Positions 37,760 to 47,214 of a stretch of 64,000 nt of DNA are shown here, in pieces. How positions within the stretch are numbered: position 1 is the stretch's first letter; each line of letters opens with the position of its first letter. The translations under genes and the position numbers were made by a program. The stretch covers positions 1-64,000 of the IMG/VR virus record IMGVR_UViG_3300042453_003699; one strand, written 5' to 3'. The notes beneath the pieces were generated by a model. It worked only from the letters and a program-made list of their open reading frames with translations. It did not search any database and had not been told where the DNA came from. The DNA is from a virus.

Positions 37760-40431
37760 GCTTCGGTATAAACAAAGGTGTAGAAGATACCAAAGCAACG
37801 AGATTGCTTATTATCGAGAAAGCAAATCTCATGCTTAACTCTTTGTTAGCTTCGGTTGGTTCGGTCTATGTTAGGTCCAATTCTTTCCCGTTGTTCGCCA
37901 CTCAGCTAAAGGCAATCGCTTTTGAAGCCGCTCGGGTTATCGTCACGGCAGAGAACATTTACAATGATCTTATCTTCAAAAACACCCGACCTGAATTTAT
38001 CTTCCAGAATATCCAGTCGTTCCTCTTCCTCAACTCAAACTATACGCACTCGGAAGAGGATGATGTTGCTCTGAGATCCTTCTTGCTCGCTCTCATTCAG
38101 TCCTATTTTCAAGGCGCTACGAAACTATCAATCCAGAATGCCTTGCAACTTGCGATCGAGAACAAAGCATCCGTTGAACTTGAAGAAATCTACCTTCAAG
38201 GTCGAGGGAACACGCTGATTGATTCCGTTCCCCTCATGCACCGCTTCTTGGTTTCTATTTTCGTAGCAAGCAACACGATTGATGTCGTAAAACTTCAGAA
38301 CTCGATCACTTTTCTTGCCAGTCTAATCAAACCCGCGCACACTGCAATCACCACGCGATTTGTTTACATCGACCCTATTGATGAGCTAGGGTTCTCAAAT
38401 GCTTGCGTTCTTGTAGTAGATCCATTAACAGGTAAGACGGTAGTTGGACCAGATGGATTTGAGTTGACCCAAAAACTTCGACCAAACGCCATTTGTGATG
38501 TCTTTAACATGGCTATTTTTGACTATGGCTATGGCGACATCAGGAAGAATTGCCTAGCCACAAAAGAGCTAGAGGTTTCTCAAGAAGCGATCTTGGTAGT
38601 GACTCCAACAAAACTTAAAACCCGTTACGGTCCCCTTTCTAACGGAGCTAACGGAATTCTGAGTGATGTATCTCAGGTTAAGGTCTATGTAGACGGTGAC
38701 GAGGTTGAGGTAGAATCGGTCGATGCGCTCAAGGGGATCATCAACCTAGTAGATCCAATTCCATACGGTTCCGTGGTTAGAGCTGACTATACTTTCCTAA
38801 GACGGCACTTTGAGTATTTCACAATCAACAACACGGATACCGTTCTTAATCAGTTTGACCCCTATACGGAGACCATTCATACCTTTAGGTACTCCTCTGT
38901 TTTGTGGGCACCTGAGTTCGACATACCCAACCGAGAGGCAAAAACTTGTGACTACAAGTATTCGGGGTTCGATGCTTTGAACTCATCCTTGTTGAACGAT
39001 CCTAACACTCTCGTTTTCAATAAGTCTTCTGTTCGGGACAAGCTAAACGATTACAACATCTTCAAAAGCTACGGATATGATGACGGCGAGCACATCGTTT
39101 CGTTGAATTACGGAGAGTATCTTTTCCCTACGAGGATGGAAAAAACTCTCATACCCCAAGACGACACGGTAGCTCTGTTCAAGCTGAACGATCCTCTTAG
39201 CCTAATGAACACACTTACACACAACCTATTGGGCGGAAGAACAAGCCATCAGGCTTTTGGAGACACCGCCAAAAAGGTGTACGCAGATTTCACGATCGAA
39301 TCCACTTGCACGAACGGTGTAGAGGATAACCTGAAACCCATTTGCGAAGATGGTCTCGACCTATTTTTCGACTTTGCTTCAAGCTCAGACACCTACAAAG
39401 GCATTGAGAAGTCCGTGGACGAGGTACTTGTTCTGAACAACTCAGGGTATGTGTTGAACCGATTTGAGTTGTTCTTCCCGCCGGAACTAGCTGTGAATAG
39501 CAGTTTTTCAAAGATCGAATTGAATCAGAGGCTATCCGATGACTACGCTCTGATTGATGAGGTGATCTCAGGTTTCCATCAAGAGGTGGAATGGTTCGAG
39601 TTGGACTACAAAAACAAAGACCTGAACCAGATGGTGACAAATTCGGTAGATCACGGAATTGGGACCACGGGTACGCTGTTGCCTCCGAATCCTAGCTTTC
39701 CTTTTGAAGACCTTCTTATTTGGAATGTGGGTATGTATGGCGAAGAGAACTTCCTCCTACCTAAGTTTGTTCTGAATGATTTCAGGTCACATCTGAATGA
39801 TGTGGGTAGCCTGTACTCGTACATCCGACGCAAACCCGGCAACAACGACCAGTACATTTCAGACTTCTTGCGCGAGTTTAGAACCACCCAGACATTCGAG
39901 ACCTACTACAACGAGGAATTCGACATCACTGGGGGTGGCGCGACCGAGCAGGAATTCATCCAAATCAATGATTTTATTAGTGAATTTCCGATAACTGGGT
40001 ACGACCAAATCCTAGAGTTCAACATGGCGATGTACCAGAACGAACTCATCCCGCAGGTCACGGAAGATAACCCTTCTGGTTTCAGCTTCCGTTTCCAAGA
40101 CGGGTTCCCAAGAGGTCATGTGGTGCTGTTCCCGTACTTCATGGCGAACTTTGCTCCTATCTTTGACATCTTGCAAAGTCAGCAAATCACCCTCTCGGGC
40201 GGTGCCTTCGAGGAAGCCTTCGCTCCGATTGAGGATCTCTACATGAACTGTTTTCATCCGAGCTACTCTGAACAGATGCCTAGAATGTTAGAGGAACTCA
40301 CAAGTTTGAATATGGAAGACGGGGCATTCATGGTGAAAGCGCCCGTGGCAAATATCATCCCTTCCGAGGAGATGCTCTCCAAGTTTGACGGTTCAAATAA
40401 GTCAGACTGGGGCATTTCGGGAGGGGTATAA
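37756..40431 (+). CDS. Baseplate wedge protein (gp7/P2 gpI-like N-terminus)
   Basis: 'YFQGAT..SI..AL' and 'LIKPAHT'; follows the baseplate J gene. Confidence 0.65.
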   Translation: MSFGINKGVEDTKATRLLIIEKANLMLNSLLASVGSVYVRSNSFPLFATQLKAIAFEAARVIVTAENIYNDLIFKNTRPEFIFQNIQSFLFLNSNYTHSEEDDVALRSFLLALIQSYFQGATKLSIQNALQLAIENKASVELEEIYLQGRGNTLIDSVPLMHRFLVSIFVASNTIDVVKLQNSITFLASLIKPAHTAITTRFVYIDPIDELGFSNACVLVVDPLTGKTVVGPDGFELTQKLRPNAICDVFNMAIFDYGYGDIRKNCLATKELEVSQEAILVVTPTKLKTRYGPLSNGANGILSDVSQVKVYVDGDEVEVESVDALKGIINLVDPIPYGSVVRADYTFLRRHFEYFTINNTDTVLNQFDPYTETIHTFRYSSVLWAPEFDIPNREAKTCDYKYSGFDALNSSLLNDPNTLVFNKSSVRDKLNDYNIFKSYGYDDGEHIVSLNYGEYLFPTRMEKTLIPQDDTVALFKLNDPLSLMNTLTHNLLGGRTSHQAFGDTAKKVYADFTIESTCTNGVEDNLKPICEDGLDLFFDFASSSDTYKGIEKSVDEVLVLNNSGYVLNRFELFFPPELAVNSSFSKIELNQRLSDDYALIDEVISGFHQEVEWFELDYKNKDLNQMVTNSVDHGIGTTGTLLPPNPSFPFEDLLIWNVGMYGEENFLLPKFVLNDFRSHLNDVGSLYSYIRRKPGNNDQYISDFLREFRTTQTFETYYNEEFDITGGGATEQEFIQINDFISEFPITGYDQILEFNMAMYQNELIPQVTEDNPSGFSFRFQDGFPRGHVVLFPYFMANFAPIFDILQSQQITLSGGAFEEAFAPIEDLYMNCFHPSYSEQMPRMLEELTSLNMEDGAFMVKAPVANIIPSEEMLSKFDGSNKSDWGISGGV

Positions 40432-40465
40432 TGAACTATTATGATTTCGATTTAGGGAGAACAAA

Positions 40466-41047
40466 ATGAAGAAGCCGACGAGCCAAGAATTCTTTAACCA
40501 ACCCGCCGAAACAGCCTCTTCGGGCTTCGGTCTTGTTGAACACGAGCGCCCGCAGTTTGGACTGGAAGGTCATCTTTTTGCGGAGATGAGACACCAAGAC
40601 GGTCGTATTGAACACCGAGACTTGGGTAAAAACATCATCGTGAACTCCGCGTCTATTCTCCTTGCCCGCTTGGTCAAGGACAGCTCGGACCCTGCTTATG
40701 GGGCTTTCGGTCTTGCGGTCGGTCTTGGTGGAGCTTGGGACCCTCTCAACCCTCCCCCTGCCACTGCAAGCCAGACTCAACTTGAGAACGAGCTTACTCG
40801 CAAAACATTCCAGTCGGTGAACTTCATCAACGCAGGTATGGTTGTTTCCTACCCAACGAATGTTATCGACCTTACAACTTTCTTTAACGAGTCCGAAGCA
40901 GTCGGCGCTCTTATGGAAATGGGTCTTGTTGGCGGTGATGCTACCCTTGCTCCAAACACGGGAACGCTCATCAACTACCGGACTTTCGCAGTAATCAACA
41001 AACCTAATACTGCGACACTCACCATCACCTGGCGATTGACATTCTAA
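40466..41047 (+). CDS. Baseplate/tail-fibre attachment protein
   Basis: 'KNIIVN', 'LAVG.G', 'TQLENEL.R', 'EMGL', 'TITWRLTF' pattern of fibre-proximal baseplate proteins. Confidence 0.65.
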   Translation: MKKPTSQEFFNQPAETASSGFGLVEHERPQFGLEGHLFAEMRHQDGRIEHRDLGKNIIVNSASILLARLVKDSSDPAYGAFGLAVGLGGAWDPLNPPPATASQTQLENELTRKTFQSVNFINAGMVVSYPTNVIDLTTFFNESEAVGALMEMGLVGGDATLAPNTGTLINYRTFAVINKPNTATLTITWRLTF

Positions 41048-41069
41048 GGTTTTTACAAGGAGGTCTGTT

Positions 41070-41435
41070 ATGGAACAGATTGTTGCATTTGCAAATGAAG
41101 TCCTTACCGCCGTTAGCGGCTGGAAAGGTATGCCCGTCGAATTCGTTATGGCGGGTGTTGTTACCCTTTTGGTTTCAAGCCTAAAGGTCGATCTCATCCG
41201 TGCTTTTTTCTGGGATAAACTAGGAGTCGCCAAGGTTTTTGTTGCTCCTAGCCTGTCTCTGGTTGGTGCGCTGTTGGTCGTGGAGCCTTTCACTTGGGCA
41301 ACCGCTTGGGTGGCGCTTTCAACAGGTGCCGGAGCTATCGCGATCTATGAGATTTTAAGTGCTGTGAAGCCTTTTGTCTCTCCGCTTCTTTCAAAGGTCC
41401 TTGATCTAGTCATGGGTCTTTTCAAAAAGCAGTAA
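41070..41435 (+). CDS. Holin-like membrane protein
   Basis: About 3 hydrophobic segments; basic C-terminus; AGGAGG RBS; end of the late operon. Confidence 0.5.
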   Translation: MEQIVAFANEVLTAVSGWKGMPVEFVMAGVVTLLVSSLKVDLIRAFFWDKLGVAKVFVAPSLSLVGALLVVEPFTWATAWVALSTGAGAIAIYEILSAVKPFVSPLLSKVLDLVMGLFKKQ

Positions 41436-41440
41436 CTTGA

Positions 41441-41473
41441 AGAGGAGGGGCACACGCCCCTCCTCTCCTTTTT
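41441..41473 (+). terminator. Intrinsic terminator
   Basis: AGAGGAGGGGC-ACAC-GCCCCTCCTCT-CCTTTTT. Confidence 0.8.
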
Positions 41474-41484
41474 AGAGGATATAC

Positions 41485-42558
41485 ATGAATTTCTTAAAAG
41501 AGCTGTTGTTTCTCCAAAGCTGGTACAATCGTCTTGCCGCGCCCCCTGCGAAGAATTATCCGCCGGGCTGTGTCGCGACGGCTATTCGTACCTGTAAAGA
41601 GCTTGGTCGTGACGATCTAGCTGAACAGGTTGAGAAGGTCTGGGGCGAATGTTTCCAGAAGCACTCGACCGAAATTTTCAAATACCGTGATCGTGGCGAC
41701 GGTTATATGTTCGCTACAGCTACCAACATTGCGGCTCGTTCTTTGAACAAGAATCTATTTGGTGGTCCTACTCCTTCCGCTGAAAAGGGTTCGTTCGCAA
41801 AAAACTTTGGGTGGTGGTTGGACAAGCAACTAGGCGATAAGAAAGCCCCTGCTCTGCCTCCGATGCCAGACCCGTTGGATTCTGCTCCTGCTATTGCATT
41901 GCCGAAAGCCAACGAAGATATTGACGACTGGGCGGCACAAGCTAAGAAAACTCAAGAGAGCTTGCAAGCCCTTCAAGCCGCATTTGCAGACACAGAAGAC
42001 TTTATTCAGGTTCTTGAAAAAGAGATCGGTGAGATTGGGCGTAAGATCGCCGACTACGGACCCGGAGGCTCTAAAGAAGTCACCAAGTCTGGGAAGCCTC
42101 ACAAGTTGTCCTTGCGCGTTCCTAAGTGGCAAATAGAACTTGAAATTTACAAAGCTAAACTCGCTGAAACTAAGAGCGGAGTTTCCTCGGCTAAAACTAA
42201 GATGGAATCCGCTGAAGCGGCATATCGTAAGAGTCCAGCCGTTACCGTAGCTTACGAGAAGGAAGCTCAACAATCTCTTGAAGGTGTTCTTGAAGTCATC
42301 ATGGACATGAAAGACCTCAAAAAGCAGAAAGAGATGCTCGCTAAGTTCAATGAAATGGTTAAGAACATGGAGAAGGAAGACAAGAAAGTCGCAAGTATGG
42401 AGCGTTCTGCGTCGTTCTGGGACACCATCTTCAACGCGTTTGATTCCGTTGTTTCGTTCTTCTCTTCTGCGTGGAAGGGTCTGGTCAAGTGGACCAAATC
42501 TCTGTTCGGCGCAGTGGACAAATTTGATAAAGTTGCAACCGAACTAGGACGCTACTAG
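41485..42558 (+). CDS. Coiled-coil protein with amphipathic C-terminal helix (candidate internal head/ejection protein)
   Basis: Long heptads; 'KKVASMERSAS' followed by 'FWDTIFNAFDSVVSFFSSAWKGLVKW'. Confidence 0.55.
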   Translation: MNFLKELLFLQSWYNRLAAPPAKNYPPGCVATAIRTCKELGRDDLAEQVEKVWGECFQKHSTEIFKYRDRGDGYMFATATNIAARSLNKNLFGGPTPSAEKGSFAKNFGWWLDKQLGDKKAPALPPMPDPLDSAPAIALPKANEDIDDWAAQAKKTQESLQALQAAFADTEDFIQVLEKEIGEIGRKIADYGPGGSKEVTKSGKPHKLSLRVPKWQIELEIYKAKLAETKSGVSSAKTKMESAEAAYRKSPAVTVAYEKEAQQSLEGVLEVIMDMKDLKKQKEMLAKFNEMVKNMEKEDKKVASMERSASFWDTIFNAFDSVVSFFSSAWKGLVKWTKSLFGAVDKFDKVATELGRY

Positions 42559-42575
42559 GACCAAGGTCGAGTTGC

Positions 42576-42606
42576 GGGGCGAGCCTTCTACGCCGAGGCT
42601 CGCCCC
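42576..42606 (+). terminator. GC-rich hairpin (terminator-like)
   Basis: GGGGCGAGCCT-N9-AGGCTCGCCCC; weak U tract. Confidence 0.55.
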
Positions 42607-42631
42607 ACCTTAAAAGAGAGGCTACGGCATA

Positions 42632-42958
42632 ATGAAGGATGTATTGGCGGAAATTCAGGTTTTGGAACGAAAGATCGCGGAAGCCTACAAGAAGAAATAT
42701 GACACGCTCGCAAAGCGTATCAAAGCGATCAAGAAGCCAAATTTCATTTGGAATTTCAAGAAACCGCTTCCCAACGGAAGGACTTTCATCATTTCAAAAG
42801 GGGTCGTAAAAGAAAAAGGGAAGTACCGATTAGAGGGGGAGTGGTGGAATACTCCGTGGTTTGATTCACTAGAAAAACTTGTCAAAACTATTGATTGGGT
42901 CGATTTTGAGAGGCGAAGTAAGTACGAAGAATTCGTGAAGGGGAATAGTCCGTTCTAA
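42632..42958 (+). CDS. Hypothetical basic protein with 'LERKIA' tag
   Basis: 'LAEIQVLERKIAEAY'. Confidence 0.55.
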   Translation: MKDVLAEIQVLERKIAEAYKKKYDTLAKRIKAIKKPNFIWNFKKPLPNGRTFIISKGVVKEKGKYRLEGEWWNTPWFDSLEKLVKTIDWVDFERRSKYEEFVKGNSPF

Positions 42959-43016
42959 TACTTTTGGATAACCTTTCCGCCGAAAACCTAGTTGAGAGAA
43001 TCTCCTATAATGGGGG

Positions 43017-43760
43017 ATGCAAAAACTCATTCAGTGGTATCAGCGTCAGGTCAAGATCGACGCAACTCTCTCCAAAGAACAACAGACAAAACAAATATAC
43101 ACACAGCTAAAAGCTCTCCGTGATGCGAAATGTAGGGGCGCAAAAAGCCTAAATGACATACTGCGTTACGAATATGCCTACATTTGTGCGGCACTCAATC
43201 TGCGTAACCAAGTGTGGGAATACAACTTCATGGATTTCAGTCGGAGGTTGGGTGAATTTTGGGAGAGTTTCTGCAAAGCCGCCTTCCGAAACGCCAACCT
43301 CAGAATGTATTCTCCGCCGAAATTTGATTCAGTCCGTCAAGAGCTTAAACTGCCCAAGAAGCTAATGCCTCTGATTGGCGAAGTGAATCTCAGGCAGGAT
43401 GTGTCTTTTTACTTCAACCGTAAGCTCCATGTGATTGATCTCAAAGGCAGTTTGAACTCGAACGAGAAGGGTCATATCGAGAGGTTACTTCGAGTAGGTG
43501 TCGTCTATGAACTGTGGAAACCAAGGTCTAAACGGCTGGTCCTCGTCCGCGAGCCTGATGAGAACAATTCTTATTTAGATAAGCTGACCGCTTGTTGGGA
43601 AGTGTATGCGGGCGACCAAGCCTACGACAAGATCCGAGACATCACGGGAGTTGACTTGAAGGCGTGGGTTGACCGGAATGTGGACTTCAAAAAACACCTC
43701 GACCGCCGAATTTTGTCCGTTGTCCGTGACCAAAATCTTGAAAAATATCTATCATGGTAA
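43017..43760 (+). CDS. PD-(D/E)xK restriction-endonuclease-like protein
   Basis: 'SRRLGEFWE..C' helix, then 'QD.......VIDLK' and 'NSNEKG'. Confidence 0.55.
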   Translation: MQKLIQWYQRQVKIDATLSKEQQTKQIYTQLKALRDAKCRGAKSLNDILRYEYAYICAALNLRNQVWEYNFMDFSRRLGEFWESFCKAAFRNANLRMYSPPKFDSVRQELKLPKKLMPLIGEVNLRQDVSFYFNRKLHVIDLKGSLNSNEKGHIERLLRVGVVYELWKPRSKRLVLVREPDENNSYLDKLTACWEVYAGDQAYDKIRDITGVDLKAWVDRNVDFKKHLDRRILSVVRDQNLEKYLSW

Positions 43761-43804
43761 ATAATCAAATGAATCACAACGGTCCAATGACCAAGGAGGT
43801 AACT

Positions 43805-44143
43805 ATGGCTAAGAAAGCCGTTTCTAAAGCAAAGACCAAGAGCGCGAAGAGCGCAAAACCATCAACCAAGAGCGCGAAGCCCAAGACTATGGCGGCAAGG
43901 CGTGCAGTAGCGACGACCGATAAGACGGGTGATGTTTTCCGTTCTATCGTCGGTACTGTTCTTTCCAGCCCACAAAAGGTTTTCACTTCGGCTGATGTCG
44001 TTCGCAAGTCTAAGTCTTCGGCTCGTCACAGCCGTCGCACTCTGGCTTTCCTAGTCAAGAACAACGCCCTGAGCGTCAATCGCACAGAGCGCCCATACCG
44101 TTACCAGATTTCCTCTAGGGATCAGCTCAAGCGGTTTGCCTGA
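43805..44143 (+). CDS. Histone H1-like basic protein with winged-helix C-terminus
   Basis: AAGGAGG RBS; 'KSAK/KSAKP' repeats; 'FTSADV...RRTLAFLVKNNAL...PYRY'. Confidence 0.65.
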   Translation: MAKKAVSKAKTKSAKSAKPSTKSAKPKTMAARRAVATTDKTGDVFRSIVGTVLSSPQKVFTSADVVRKSKSSARHSRRTLAFLVKNNALSVNRTERPYRYQISSRDQLKRFA

Positions 44144-44147
44144 AAGT

Positions 44148-44186
44148 TTAGGACGGGGGTGCAAATTTATTGTGCCCCCGTCCTAA
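44148..44186. terminator. Long hairpin (terminator-like)
   Basis: TTAGGACGGGGGTGCAA-ATTTA-TTGTGCCCCCGTCCTAA. Confidence 0.65.
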
Positions 44187-44227
44187 CCGTCTAATTTTTA
44201 TTAAAATAGACAGCATAGGAGAGACCA

Positions 44228-44893
44228 ATGGCAGAACAGAAATTTCAGAGGATTCTATTAAGGCGGGGGGCTCTAGCCGACCTTCCTTCTTTGTCGGAAG
44301 GGGAACCGGGCTTTGCCACTGATTCGGAAGAACTATTCGTAGGTACAGCTAATGGTAACCGCCGCGTTCTGGCTCCGGTGTACAACCTCATGTACACTCC
44401 ATTTGACTACACAGACAAGTCTGCGAGCTTGAAGTATTGGGAGCGCGTCTCCGGCACAGGTACGATGTCTTACGAAAGCTCGGATTCTGTCATCGGTGCG
44501 GGTTGTTGGTCTGTCACAGGAACCGGAGTATGGGCTGTGAACTTCAGCATCCCTTGTAACCCTACCCTCGGTATGGGTGGTCTGGCGTATGTAAAACAGG
44601 CTTCAGGTGCCGCTACCATTTCTATTGGATTCAGGGCTTACGATAGCTCTGGGTCTGAGATTGCTTTCAATGCCTCAGCACAGAACTTTTTAGCCAACGC
44701 CGTCTCCGCTTCAGCAAGTTGGACGCAGTATCGTTCTCACGAGCTTGGAGAGGGTGCAGGTGCATCTCAGCTTCCTTCAGGTACACGATTTGTCCGCGCT
44801 CGTTTTGAAGTTTCTGCAAACACAGGAACCACAAGGCTCGACCATCTCCTGCTCATGCCTTTAGGTTTTTCAGCATACTCGTTGTACGGTTGA
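44228..44893 (+). CDS. Fibre protein with Mtd/hyaluronidase-type N-terminal domain and jelly-roll C-terminus
   Basis: 'RILLRRG...LPSL.EGEPGFATD..ELFVG'. Confidence 0.7.
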   Translation: MAEQKFQRILLRRGALADLPSLSEGEPGFATDSEELFVGTANGNRRVLAPVYNLMYTPFDYTDKSASLKYWERVSGTGTMSYESSDSVIGAGCWSVTGTGVWAVNFSIPCNPTLGMGGLAYVKQASGAATISIGFRAYDSSGSEIAFNASAQNFLANAVSASASWTQYRSHELGEGAGASQLPSGTRFVRARFEVSANTGTTRLDHLLLMPLGFSAYSLYG

Positions 44894-44902
44894 GGTTGAA
44901 TA

Positions 44903-45454
44903 ATGTCAGTCGGTGTATTTTGGAAAAAACTAGCTGAGACCTACTTTGTTCAGGATGGATCTAACATCGTTAGAACCCCTAACCTTTTTAGCAATGGTAA
45001 CGACTGGTTTTTGATTGATCCGACCGTTCTTCAGAGCAATTCAGGCGGACCTACGATAACTTCATCTACCTCTGTTTTGAATCTTTTGAGGAAGACGGAC
45101 GCTACCCTTACTGCACCTACCGCAAACTGTGCGGAGGGTGCGTGGTCGGCTAATGGTTGGGATACAGGACCGCAGTTAATCATTCAACTTTCGGACTGGG
45201 TGAGCGAAAACTTTGATAATCCCGCGTTGAATATCAACTACAACGCCATGAACCTTCTCTACACCGAAGTAATCATCTCAGGCACTAAGCACATCCTAGC
45301 CTGTTGTTATTTCGGAAATACGGGTTCTATTGCGATTGCTGATGGCGGGTCGTTTACCTATCAAGACTACTCCTATGAGCTTGTCGGGTACACATTCACT
45401 AGCACCATTGACAACCCTCAGCCTGTCGATGGCGGTCTTTTCGTTTACACCTAA
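44903..45454 (+). CDS. Hypothetical (fibre-associated?) protein
   Basis: GAGG RBS; beta-rich; follows the Mtd-like gene. Confidence 0.5.
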   Translation: MSVGVFWKKLAETYFVQDGSNIVRTPNLFSNGNDWFLIDPTVLQSNSGGPTITSSTSVLNLLRKTDATLTAPTANCAEGAWSANGWDTGPQLIIQLSDWVSENFDNPALNINYNAMNLLYTEVIISGTKHILACCYFGNTGSIAIADGGSFTYQDYSYELVGYTFTSTIDNPQPVDGGLFVYT

Positions 45455-45470
45455 GCCTCTATAATGGGGT

Positions 45471-46493
45471 ATGCAGGTACTTTTCAAAAATGTGAGCGTG
45501 GAGTTGGTTTCAACCTTTCACGCAAAGAGCTTTTTCCTTTACGACATCATCCTTCTTACTGACAAGCACGACCCTTTGTTCACGGTCAATGACAAGCCCT
45601 ATGTGAACAAAGAGAGTAATCTCTCCGCCTTCTTGTCAAAGGTCTACAAAGGTGATTGGGAGCCTCTTTTCCTCGACCTATTTAACTACAAACCAAATGC
45701 AGACGGTCGTCTGCTCACTCTCTTTCTGTCTGATGAGGACTATGTAACCTTTGTAGGAAAGTTCATCTGCTCTGTGTTTCCAGAGTTGTCTGTGGCGCAT
45801 AAAGCAAGGCTGATTCAAGCCGTGTGCGACGACACGCGGTATGTGAAAAGTGGTGTGTTTATGGAAAGGGCGGGGGCTTATTTGAATTTCAACCCTAGCC
45901 AAGAGCAGGTCATGGAGGCGGCAAAACAGGAAGCGTGTAAGCTACCCGACGGGTTTGCAGATCACCTCAGATTTGATTGGGTGGTAGGGCATCATTGGGG
46001 GGATCAGGCTCGATTCTTTCCCAAAGTGATTAAGAATATCCGGTCTATTAGTTTCCAAGAATTCCGCTCGATCGTGTTTAACGATCTGCCCGGAGCTCGC
46101 GGTCTTTTCGCGTTCAGCACGGAAAGACCTCTCCGCGATGTCATGTCAGATGCAGTATTAGCCCCGAGCTTTGATTCTAGCTTTGAATCGAAGTCTTACT
46201 ATTCAGACCCCGAAGGCTCTGATGTGAAGAGCTTTATTGAAAAATACGGGGTGAGTTGGATCAGAGAACTCAGCAAAGATATGGCTGTAGGCGCGGACTA
46301 TCTGCAAAAGTTTCCCGTAGAGCTGATGGTGGACGAGAATGAGATGGTAGCTATCGCTTCATCTCCAGAAAAGATGGAGGAATGGTTCCGCCGACTTGTT
46401 CTAAACTCAAGTTTTAGGCAGTCCCTCAATTTCCCTCTCCTTGCGGAGTGGGTGAAGCTCAGGAGAGAAGGTGTTTCTGTCAAAACAGCTTGA
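45471..46493 (+). CDS. Hypothetical protein
   Basis: 340-aa ORF; TATAAT 5 nt before the ATG. Confidence 0.6.
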   Translation: MQVLFKNVSVELVSTFHAKSFFLYDIILLTDKHDPLFTVNDKPYVNKESNLSAFLSKVYKGDWEPLFLDLFNYKPNADGRLLTLFLSDEDYVTFVGKFICSVFPELSVAHKARLIQAVCDDTRYVKSGVFMERAGAYLNFNPSQEQVMEAAKQEACKLPDGFADHLRFDWVVGHHWGDQARFFPKVIKNIRSISFQEFRSIVFNDLPGARGLFAFSTERPLRDVMSDAVLAPSFDSSFESKSYYSDPEGSDVKSFIEKYGVSWIRELSKDMAVGADYLQKFPVELMVDENEMVAIASSPEKMEEWFRRLVLNSSFRQSLNFPLLAEWVKLRREGVSVKTA

Positions 46494-47214
46494 TGTTCCC
46501 TACGCTACGGCTGTGGTAGTCCAACTGAAATCCCTCTTTCATCCAACGAAGGATCGCCTCTAAATCTTCCCTTTCGCTCATCGGAGGGGTCGGGACAGAG
46601 ATCAAGTGGGATTGGGACTTCAGTATCGTTTCGTCGATGTGAGTTGAGTAGCTTTTGTTCACCTCTACCAAAACGGAAAAAACAAACCTTGCGCTTCTTC
46701 GATCAGGGAAGAAAAGATTCGAGCTTTTACTGTATGTCTGGAATGTCAGGGTGGGCAAGATCCGTAAAATATGGGGTATGTCGTACAGCTTCCCAATCGC
46801 GAGCTTCTTGTTCGTCAAGTTGTCAAAAAAGATAGTGGTGCTGTTGCAAGAAAATCGGCAATTTCTTCCGACAAAAGAATAGCTATCCGTTGTTAGATCC
46901 GAAGAGGTCTTCATGGACCTTGATGACAGATTGTTCCCCGAGATCGAGAACTCGGTGTTGGGGTAGATAGCCAAAAGGTCGCAGGGGTCTGCAACCACCT
47001 GCTTTCCATCTACTGTCGCTATTCCGCCTTCTGGGGCTAAGATAAAAACAAAATCCTCGGAGACCATGACTTCTTGAGTGAGTTCAAATGTCTTTAGAGA
47101 ACTCTGATCGAAGTCCCGAAATGCGGGTTCGTCTAGGTCAACATTTGGAATGCCCAAATGCACAAGGTCATACTTATGTTCTTTGATGAAAGGTCCGTCA
47201 ATAAAACAGATCAT
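46480..47214 (-). CDS. Hypothetical protein (possible cupin-like N-terminus)
   Basis: 244-aa ORF; TTGTGG-17-TACAAT-6-ATG. Confidence 0.55.
   Translation of the reverse strand: MICFIDGPFIKEHKYDLVHLGIPNVDLDEPAFRDFDQSSLKTFELTQEVMVSEDFVFILAPEGGIATVDGKQVVADPCDLLAIYPNTEFSISGNNLSSRSMKTSSDLTTDSYSFVGRNCRFSCNSTTIFFDNLTNKKLAIGKLYDIPHILRILPTLTFQTYSKSSNLFFPDRRSARFVFSVLVEVNKSYSTHIDETILKSQSHLISVPTPPMSEREDLEAILRWMKEGFQLDYHSRSVGNIKLF

Noticed and set aside
40439-41293. 284-aa minus-strand ORF
   Set aside because: It lies antisense to two well-supported + strand genes with RBSs and has no recognisable motifs.
19479-41435. Tailocin/eCIS/T6SS interpretation of the sheath-baseplate cluster
   Set aside because: Neck-type genes, ligase, exonuclease, MTase and many small phage-type ORFs, with no host housekeeping genes, indicate a phage genome.
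44228-44893. Diversity-generating retroelement target (Mtd-like gene)
   Set aside because: Only the N-terminal Mtd-type domain is recognisable; I saw no reverse transcriptase or template/variable repeat pair in the window.
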